NCBI GenBank assembly: GCA_044892505.1
Contig: CM097882.1
Coordinates: 172,670,001 to 172,734,000 of the forward strand
DNA: 64,000 nucleotides
Source: Schmidtea nova
Taxonomy: Eukaryota
Direction of reading: 5' to 3'
Shown: positions 12,801-23,300 of the stretch, in pieces
Numbering within the stretch: the first letter of the stretch is position 1
Layout of the letters: each line of letters starts with the position of its first letter
The notes under the pieces: generated by a model
What the model was told of the DNA's origin: nothing
What the model saw: only the letters and a program-made list of their open reading frames with translations
The model's database searches: none
Translations under genes and position numbers: made by a program

Positions 12801-15800
12801 TTCAAAATGTTTAAAAAATATTGATAAGTGTGAATCTTGTGGTATTAATATTGATGAATATCATGTGATATACATATAATGTCGTACAAAAATATATGTA
12901 TTTTCATTTAATTTATTTTTATCATTGGTTAAGAGAATGCATTTGTGATTAATAATTAGTCTTTTTTGACATCTTGTCTTTGTTAACTTGGCTTGCAACT
13001 GCAATGTCTTTGTTAACTTGCATCTGTTTTGCAATGTCTTTGTTAATATTGCACATGAATTGCAGCGTCAAAATGGGTAGGAAAATAAAAATATATTACG
13101 TTGTGGTAGTTTAATTATTTTTTTTGACATCTTGAAGGTTTGAAAACATACACACACATCTCAAATATCTTTCACATGATATTTATATAGTTTTAAAAAA
13201 TTTTGAACCCTTGAATATTTTTGAATATTTTTTATTAACTTGCATGTATGTCTTTGTTAACTTGTATCCACATTGCAATGTCTTTGTTAACTTGCATATG
13301 TATTGCAATGTCGTTGTTAACTTTCATATGTATTGCAAGGTCTTTGTTAACTTGCATATGTATTGCAATGTCGTTGTTAACTTGCATATGTATTGCAAGG
13401 TCTTTGTTAACTTGCATATGTATTGCAATGTCTTTGTTAACTTGCATATGTATTGCAATGTCTTTGTTAACTTGCATATGTATTGCAATGTCTTTGTTAA
13501 CTTAGATCTGTATTGCAATGTCTTTGTTAACTTGCATCTGTATTGCAATGTCTTTGTTAGCATGTTGCTTACACTGCATGGGTACTGTAATGTCTTTGTT
13601 AAGATGTTTTGGCAATGATATGTCTTTGTTTTATCAAATGATGCTGAATGAAGTTGAATTGTAATTAATGTTCGAGTAATAAGCTTTGGCAGATAAAAAC
13701 TATCACAAAAGATGTTCTGCTACTAGGGTTCTGCTAGTAAATGTTCTGTTCGTGCCTGTGTTTAGTTATTTTAGGAATTTGGCAATGAAATGTCTTTGTT
13801 TAGTATTTTGGCAATGAATTGTCTTTGTTATGAAATTTGGCAATGAAATGTCTTTGTTTAGTTTTTTGGAAATGAATTGTCTTTGTTATGAAATTTGGCA
13901 ATGAAATGTCTTTGTTTAGTTTTTTGGCAATGAATTGTCTTTGTTATGAAATTTGGCAATGAAATGTCTTTGTTTAGTTTTTTTGGCAATGAATTGTTTT
14001 TGTTATGAAATTTGGCAATGAATTGTCTTTGTTTAGTTTTTTGGCAATGAAATGTCTTTGTTTAGTATTTTGGCAATGAATTGTCTTTGTTATGAAATTT
14101 GGCAAGGAAATGTCTTTGTTTAGTTTTTTTGGCAATGAATTGTCTTTGTTATGAAATTTGGCAATGAAATGTCTTTGTTTAGTTTTTTTGGCAATGAATT
14201 GTCTTTGTTATGAAATTTGGCAATGAAATGTCTTTGTTAAGAAATTTGGCAATGAAATGTCTTTGTTATAAAATTTGGCAATGAAATGTCTTTGTTATAA
14301 AATTTGGCAATGAAATGTCTTTGTTTAGTTTTTTGGCAATGAAATGTCTTTGTTTAGTTTTTTTGGCATTGAAATGTCTTTGTTATGAAATTTGGCAAGG
14401 AAATGTCTTTGTTTAGTTTTTTGGCATTGAAATGTCTCTGTTATGAAATTTGGCAAGTAAATGTCTTCGTTTAGTTTTTGGCAATGAAATGTCTTTGTTA
14501 TAAAATTTGGCAATGAAATGTCTTTGTTATAAAATTTGGCAATGAAATGTCTTTGTTTAGTTTTTTGGCAATGAAATGTCTTTGTTTAGTTTTTTTGGCA
14601 TTGAAATGTCTTTGTTATGAAATTTGGCAAGGAAATGTCTTTGTTTAGTTTTTTGGCATTGAAATGTCTCTGTTATGAAATTTGGCAAGGAAATGTCTTT
14701 GTTTACGTTGCATGTGGATTGCAATGTCTTTGTTAATGTTGCACATGGATTGCAATGTCTTTGTTATGAGTTACCGATGACGTGACTTATTTATAAATTG
14801 AAATGAGTTATCCATGAGTCATAAGGATGAGTCATCGATGAGTCATAATGGTGAGTCATCGATGAGTCATCTCTGAGTCATAAAAATAAAAAATAAAAAT
14901 TTGTGTTAAAAAAATTTGTGTTAAAAAAATTTGTGTTAAAAAAAATTGGTTAAAAAATTTATGTTAAAAAAAAAATTTTGAAAAAATTTTTTTGGCGCGA
15001 AAAAAAAATATAAAAAAATTTTTGGCGCGAAAAAAAAATTTGAAAAAAAATTTTTGGCGCGAAAAAAAATTTGAAAAAAATTTTTGGCGCGAAAAAAAAT
15101 TTGAAAAAAAAGTATGACTCATCGATGACTCATCAAAAAATTTTTTTTTACCCCCCCGGGGGGTCTTTGTTCTTTTTTTCCGCCCACGCAATGAGTCATA
15201 ATGTCTTTGTTCCCGGCTCCACACATCTACCTACTAGTAATGTCGAATGAGACATATAAGAATAATCTTTTTGATATTGACGATGAAATGATCAATTTCT
15301 GCAAAGACCAACTGCTGCAGTTCCAACCAAGTGATGATTATCAGGAAGGTTTGTAGTTGACAATCTTATTCATAGAAGATATTTCTTCAGAGCAGTTGCT
15401 GAACTTCACCGTGCGAAATAGATGTAAAAGATTACATAGTCCTTGAAGATCTGAATGTTTAGACAACAATTAAACAAAGAAGAAGAGAAGGGCGTTTGGA
15501 ACATTTGAAAATTTGTTGTGCAGATTTATGTAAATGCTTGGTTCACATCTCTCTTAGCCTTTTCCGCCCCTCGAATTCATCTCTACCTTGTTAAAGATAT
15601 TAATAAGTATAAACAAGAAAATGTAATTATTTCGAATGTTGCTCTAAAGAAGTTTCTTTCTATCTCGATCTTTATATTTGAAAATTACCAGAGTTAACCT
15701 AACTTTTCTTGGAGGTAGTGTCCCCTAAACATTGATGAAATAAAGTGAAATTTTCACAGGTTATTTTTTTCGACTAAAAACAGAATGATAACGTCCCAAG

Positions 15801-16264
15801 TAGATTTCAAAAAATAAATTTTTTATAATAAGTACTACCCTAATGTGTAAATGTGACAGAAACTGAAAACCTCATGAGATGACATGAAAATATAAAAATT
15901 GAGTAAATTATTTGATAATTTTATTTTAGAGTAAAAAACAATTAATACATAACTTAATGAATAATAACTTTTTTAATAACAGTGTTTGTCACCCATAACA
16001 TAATAATTCAGCAATTAAAGAAATAAATTTATTATAAGGTTTTATTAAGTTGATGTCTGATACTTTCAAAGAACCGTGAGAATGAACAATAATATTCTCC
16101 ACAGTTATGCAGTCTAATTAAATCATTATTATAAAGTGATAAATAGAGAAGAAAGAGGGAAACAGTTATTAAGGGTTAGGACTTTTGATAATCATGTTCA
16201 AAGTTCAAAGTTAAACCAGCAACTTTTACCGAGTATCAGTATAGTTTTTTATATCACACACACA

Positions 16265-16348
<84 letters not shown>

Positions 16349-19300
16349 GCCACTGTCAAGGAATTATTGCACCTTATTGATGTAATGTTTAAAGAAGGAG
16401 TGTAAAAGATACGTTATATATTTACCATACATGGTATATTAAAAGAAAAAACTTTTATCATGTATATAATACTTAATAAATTCAAATAAGACTATTTTTG
16501 ACGGGCTTGCTTTATGATTATTATTAAGACGTATGTTCATAAAAATATTAATTCTTTTATTATGAACATCCAAAAACAAATTTGTAAAATTTTAAAATAA
16601 TGTAGATATATGATCTTTACTTAGAATTTACCTTCTTGAGCTACATGTTGATCTCCAAATAAAAACATAAAGTCAGAATTTTCAGTTGCAAGTTTATTGT
16701 ACATAACTTTCAAATCCTCTCGAAGTTCTCTCTCTCCGTATCCTTTACTTAATGAAATTTCAAAGAAGCTTAAATCAGCCGCAAAAGCGGCAAGACGCGA
16801 TAAACTCCGCTTTCCTGACCCACTAACCGCAACGAGCAAAGCATGACCTCCATCCATTCTGAGGATTCTGTGAATACTATTCAGATGTTCCAGTGCATCA
16901 TCAAATAATACTAAATCTAATATTCCTTGGTCTAATTCGTTATAACTTTCAATTAACTGAAATTACGTTTTAGATATCTTATAGTAAGTCAACATTATTA
17001 ACCTCTTGAAAAAATGCTTTAATAACTGCATAATCCTGTAAATCCTCATAAAGTCTTGGTTCATCTTCTAATGATGCTGTCCAATAATCACCATATAAAA
17101 TTGGATTAGTTTGAACATATGACAAGTTTTTCGGGAATTCATCGTTTATGATGTTTAGTAATATTCCCTAAAATAAAATATAAAAAATAAAAAAACACAA
17201 AAACATTCTGCTAAAAGCAAATAATTAAGTTATCATTATAATAATAATTGTTTAAATATGTATATTTAGTCTTTAATAGTAAAAGAAATCATTCTAGAAT
17301 TTAAGATTAGTTAAGAATATTTCCAATAAAGAAATCAAAATCTATCAATAAATAACAGAAGAAGTTGAAGTAACTTAACCCTTTAAGAGCGGAATTAAAT
17401 TTCATAAAAAGTCAGGAAATATGTCAATTATCCGTCAAAAATAAAATTAAAGATATAATTGTGATTTTCAATAGCTATTCTATTCAATAGTATTCAGATG
17501 TATCCGCACCTCGCACTTGAGAGCTGTGGACGGTGATTCGGATTTATCCGTATCTCGCATCTAAAGGGTTAAAGTAATTCATCAATTAAACAGTAAAAAT
17601 AATAATAGCGGCAGTCATTTATTTATTGCTATGAAATGGTATTTGATTCATAGCATTTCCAAGGAATAAAGAAATTAATTCGAATCGGTTAACTAATTCT
17701 CAGATGAATTATTTTCCATTGAAATTAATAGTATTAGCATAACCTGTCCCGTATGATAAGCTGACAACACGTCAAAATTTGGCCTAATATAGGCTAAACA
17801 CATTTGAAAAAGCCAATGCAGAGAATTTGTGTTGGATATGAAAAAAAACATTGCAAAAAAATAATTTAGCCCCAATTGATTTTACAATTATTCAGTGGTA
17901 TTGTAATGTCTTTTATAAATATGTTTTTTTTGAAAATTAGATTACAGGAAAACTACGTGGTGCGCCCAATAAGTCGTGAGACTAATATAGAAATAATAAT
18001 AGTAAAATAATTGATACAGACATATTTAAACTTCAACATATATAGTTAAAGAAAATGTATTTTGTTTTAATAATCCATTATTGTTTAAGTATATTTTTGC
18101 GAACATTCGAAAAATGCCTCTGGAAAGTATTCAATACCGTAGCGTTATTCGCTTTCTCTTTCTGAAAGGAAAAAATAGAGAAGAGGTTCTTTCTGAACTG
18201 AAAGCTGTTTAGCAACAAGAGTGCCCATCCACAGCAACAATTTATCGTTGGTTCAATTACTTTCAGAGTGGTAGAACCTCCGTGGTGGACGAAGAAATAT
18301 CTGGAAGACCCTCAGAAATTGATGAAAAAATAACGCAAAAGCTGCAGACAATCGTGCAAAACGAAAGAAAAATAACGACGAGAGAGCTCACAACCCGTCT
18401 AAGTGTGAGCAAAGGCACTGTGCATACTCTCCTCACTCTAAGTGGTATTCGAAAACTATGTTCCCGTTTTGTGCCACGCTTCTTAATGGTGTAAATGCGA
18501 CAACGACGCTTGGAATGCTGCTTGGAGAATCTGCAGATCAGGACCAATGTTGGAGACCGTTTCATTGATAATATCATCACTGTGGACGAGACACCGTTGT
18601 CCCTTTATGTCCCCGAATCTAAAAGAGAGTCTCAAGAATGGAAACTGCCAGGAGAAAGCAGCTCACTGAAAATGCGGTCCTCAACTTGCCACCAAAAGGC
18701 TCTCATGCTGACGGTGTTTTGGGACGCCAATAGCATTATTCTGAATGACTTTACTGAATCCGGCGTGAAGATCAATAGTTCTTTCTACTCCAACATCGTG
18801 CAGCAAGCAAGGAAGGCACGACGCAAGAGCAGAGTGTGTGATCTCTATCTTTTACACGACAATGCTCCCATCCACACCAGCAGCGTTTCCATGGCCAAAA
18901 TTGAGCGTTGCGGGCTCAATTTGCTTCCTCTATTTACCATACTTGTTCTAAATACAAAGTTTTGTGTTGATATCTTAAGTCTTTCTATTTTAGTCTCACG
19001 ACTTATTGGGCGCACCACGTATATGATATATTTATACTAAGATAGGATAAATATTTAGTGTCTGACCCCATGTGTTTTCTATTCATAAAATTAAAGCTCA
19101 ACAATAGTAAAACTTTATTTACAAAACAAAATTTTGATCAAATAAATTTCACAAAGATTCATAGAATTAATTTTTTTAAAGATTTACTACTAGGTAAATC
19201 ATTTTATTAAATGTTACTGTTAGTTTGATCCGTTTAGTAACTGAAATATTTGGTTTTCTTTACATAGAAGGGCAAAAGCATAGTCGCTTTTATATGCTTG

Positions 19301-19455
19301 AGCTTTGTAAATTAATGATTTTCTGCGATCTCTTAACATAAACAAACTTACTTTAATACTGTAATTTATAAGTGTCCTTTAATTTCCAGTTATTGTTACC
19401 TTATTTCTCAACTTGTTATGATTAAGGGCGAAAGAGTACCACAGAAAAGTAATTT

Positions 19456-19514
<59 letters not shown>

Positions 19515-20274
19515 ATTATTATCAATAATTCTCATAATGACTATAGATCAAAAATTTTTTTTTTATAAACAATAACACAATATTTCGGCACAGCCTTTAT
19601 CAAGTGTGTATTTCTATCGTTATATTTACTTAATCCTAAATAGTAGCCTTAATTATTTTTTTAATATTTTATAATGATTTTATTTGATGAAAAAATTTAT
19701 TTTAATTTTTTTGTGCGAATTGAATGTTGATGGATGGTTTGTATTTTTTTATGTAAAAAGTCTCGGAAGCTAATTTTTGTAATGAATTTTTGAATCCCTC
19801 TTGTAGAATCTGGCATTTTGTTTCTTCTATAGATGGAGTTGTTTTATGTACTTTCTCCCAGTGTTCGTAATAATTACTGGTTTTGATTTTAGTGTGTTCA
19901 TTAAGTCGGGTGCGAAAAGTTCTATGTGTTTCTCCTATGTAAGTAGCGTCACATTTTTGGCAAGAAAGTTTATATACTATATTTTTGGAAAAGCAAAAGC
20001 ATCGGGTTGTGGAACGGCAAAGACATTTATGTTTGGAGATGTTGGAAATTGGTGGCTTTCGGAGTTGTGATTTTAACGGTGCGGAGGTTATGAACGTTGG
20101 ACGGATGTGGATAGGCAAATCTGTTTGATTAAAAATGTTGGTGATTTTGATTTATAAAATATTAAAAAAATAATTAAGGCTACTATTTAGGATTAAGTAA
20201 ATATAACGATAGAAATACACACTTGATAAAGGCTGTGCCGAAATATTGTGTTATTGTTTATAAAAAAAAAATTA

Positions 20275-20334
<60 letters not shown>

Positions 20335-23300
20335 CTTAAAAATGATTGCTGATTTCAACTCACTCCTTCAAAATATAATTTAATATTAATATTTGAAATT
20401 TAATCTTCATCTTATTTGCACATCACTAATAACATTTTAGAGAAGTGTTGCCACCTTTGGAAAATTGTTGACCCGGACATTTCAGTAAAAAGATTTTTTT
20501 TGAACTCGAGAAAAAGAAAATCATTGGAACATGAAAATGAGTTTTTATTATTAAAATTAAATAACATACAAAAATAGATTGCTTCTTAAAAAACAGGAAA
20601 ATGTTTTGTAAAGACAATGTAAATTTTATTTTTAAAACTGTATTTTATATTGCTCCTTTCTGCTTATAAAAAATTTTTATTTTCCTGTTGTTGTCGCATT
20701 TTATTTTTAAATTGTTAAAAAATAATAATTCGGCTTAAACTTGATTAAGCGTTAAACGGCTCCTTTTATCCCACCACAATGAACCCATTACTGAAAAAAT
20801 TCGTTCGACTAAGGAATTACTGGCGGAAATGCTGAATAAAAATTCCATTAACTTCCTCACTACAGGATATTCTCCTTCCCTCATTGCTTTTTCATTCTTT
20901 TCGTTTTCCGTGATATATTTAGCTAATATATCATTTTAATGAGCATAGCTCGTGAAATAAATCGTCACATTATGATTCAATGTCCACGTTTAGATATGCA
21001 CTTATTGCAATACACAATACTATTAATACAGTGCCGAAATATTGTGTACTTTTTTTTAATAAATTTTGATCTATAGTCATCCATTATNNNNNNNNNNNNN
21101 NNNNNNNNNNNNNNNNNNNNNNNNNNNNNNNNNNNNNNNNNNNNNNNNNNNNNNNNNNNNNNNNNNNNNNNNNNNNNNNNNNNNNNNNNNNNNNNNNNNN
21201 NNNNNNNNNNNNNNNNNNNNNNNNNNNNNNNNNNNNNNNNNNNNNNNNNNNNNNNNNNNNNNNNNNNNNNNNNNNGAAGTCACAAGTATAAATAGATTTG
21301 CAGTTGGCCTGAATTCACTTGAATTCAAGTTAATTTTTTATTTAAAATACAAAATATGTTTTAAAATTAAGATCTCCGATCTTACATTGGCGTTCGCGAG
21401 CCGCATTTTGTTAACCCCTGTTTTTGAAGTTAAACTACAATGTTATATCTGTAGATGAATTAACCAATTTAAATAAGTTAATTACCACAATTCAGAAATA
21501 AGAATACTAAATCAGTAAATTACACAATTCGGAAATAATAATACTAAATAAGTAAATTACACAATTCAAAATTATATTTTATACAAATAATATTCAAACA
21601 AATTTATAATTCATAATATTAAACGAATTTTAATATTATTAATTCACATATAACATTCCTCCGTCTTATTCGGCTCTCAACTCGAAATCGTCGTATAATC
21701 GCGGCTTCACATTTCTATTGTGTCTTTTCGGGTATCTTCCTGTGGTCTCTTTATTCTCTCCCGTCGACGTTGCTTCGTTGACCTCTTCCAATCTCTCCGA
21801 TTCTTTTGTTCTTGACCATATACTTGTTCCCCAACTGTCCGTCTCTATCTTTGCTATTTCTGATCTTACTGGTATAATCTTAATCTGGTTATAATTACGA
21901 TGTATTATCTTCCCATCCTCCTCTCTTCTTAATTTAAAAGTCAAATCATTTACTTTCTCCAGTATTTCATATGGGCCGCAGTATTTCTCCCCAAATTCTT
22001 GTTTCTGCACTTCTTTTACTAATGTCGAATCTCCTATTTTGACGTCTGTATTCCATCTATTTCGATTGTAGATCTTTTCGTTATATACTCTTGCTTTATC
22101 AGTTCTCTTTTTTACTTCCTCTTCTATGTTCGTTCCCTCTGTTCTCAGTTTCCTCATGAATTCTCCGTAGTCTTGTGGTCCTATTATGTCGCTTGTTTCT
22201 TCTCTTACTTTTGGTGTTCTGCCGAACATTAATTCTATCGGTTTATATCCAGTACTTTTATGGACTGTGTTCCTTACTCCATATTCTACCACGTGTACTG
22301 TTGAATCCCATTCCTTCGTCTTTCTGTCGAACATGGTCGCTGCCATCATACTTTTTGCTGTTTGGAACATTCTTTCGATTAAGCCGTCAGATTGTGGGTC
22401 GTACGGTGAAGTACAGGTTTTCTTTGTTCCTATCAGACTGCACAACCCTTTAAACATATTTGACTCAAAATTCTTTCCCTGATCTGAGTGAATCCTTTCT
22501 GGTATACCGAATTTTGTGATCCATTCTTCCCAAATTGCTCTAGCCACTGTTTCTGTCGTAATTTCTGGGAGTGCTATTAGACATGGGTATTTTGTGAAGT
22601 AGTCAATTAATCCCAGAATGTATCTATTTCCTTTTCTTGTCATTGGAAAAGGTCCCGTAATGTCTATTCCCAAAAATTCTAAAGGTCTACTGCTTATAAA
22701 ACTCTGTAGTGGTGCTCTTACTCTTCCGTTTATATACTTGTTGTGTTGACAGGCTATACATCGGTTTACTCTATCTAAAAAGGTTCTCGTTGATATTTGG
22801 CCAATAGTATCTTTCTTTGGCTGCTCTCGTGGTTCTTTCAATGCCGACATGTCTCAATTCTCGATGTAATTCGTCAATATATCTATTTCTTTCTTCTTCT
22901 GGTATTATTTTCCTATGTCCTTCTGCTTTCTTAATCATAAGATCTCCTTCGCTGACATACATAAGCTACGCTTTTTTCCATAGTTCTAAGTGTTTCCGGT
23001 TTTGTTCTTTTCTCCCTTGCTGTATCCAATCGATTATTTGTCTAACTTCTGAATCCGTCTTCGTATTTATTTGACATATAATTCTTTCTGACTTGTTCTC
23101 TTCTGTATAATTGTTTTCTTCCTCGTAAACTTTTACATTTCGTTTCTTTCTTGAGTCCGCGTGTTTCAGTCGGCATTGTTCGCATGGAGTAATTCTTGAC
23201 AATGCGTCCGCATTGCAATGGTCTTTCCTTTTTCTAAATTCCACTTTCATGTCATATATTTCTAGTTCTGCTTTCCATACACAATATTGAGAGGTGTTTG

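Larger units (their letters stand above)
5215..15235. mobile_element. 10,021-bp non-autonomous giant-TIR element (Polinton/Maverick-like) carrying a RING gene in each arm
   Basis: Starts AGTAGGTAGATGTGTGGAGCC and ends GGCTCCACACATCTACCTACT. AGTAAT is duplicated at 5209-5214 and 15236-15241. Arms 5215-8068 and 12244-15235 are inverted. No polymerase, integrase or transposase ORF. The superfamily is an inference; a TAG-ended, 4-bp (GTAA) TSD parse (Academ-like) also fits. Confidence 0.88.
12244..15235. repeat. Right terminal inverted repeat arm (about 2.99 kb)
   Basis: Inner end attggttgatttttgc...; mirrors the left arm. Confidence 0.92.
19510..20278 (-). mobile_element. 5'-truncated Penelope-like element (GIY-YIG end, ORF 19702-20118) with inverted terminal repeat, between (TA)n tracts
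   Basis: [28 protein letters not shown] is a GIY-YIG motif; about 135-bp inverted repeat at about 19550-19685 and 20146-20278. Confidence 0.85.

Noticed and set aside
5215-15235. The palindrome as an amplification or assembly chimera
   Set aside because: The flanks are unique, there is a duplicated target site, the empty site rejoins in frame, the arms differ in array length, and the spacer is non-palindromic. Long reads are still advisable.
16136-16405. YIYIYI ORF and other short F/I/L/K-rich ORFs, plus antisense ORFs over the Gypsy, mariner and Penelope coding regions
   Set aside because: These are microsatellite or AT-bias products, or shadows of real frames on the other strand.
21380-21410. 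tggcgttcgcgagcc as a PBS or a U1 stem-loop IV remnant
   Set aside because: It is too short, with no adjoining LTR end or Sm site, and it lies outside the Gypsy TSD.
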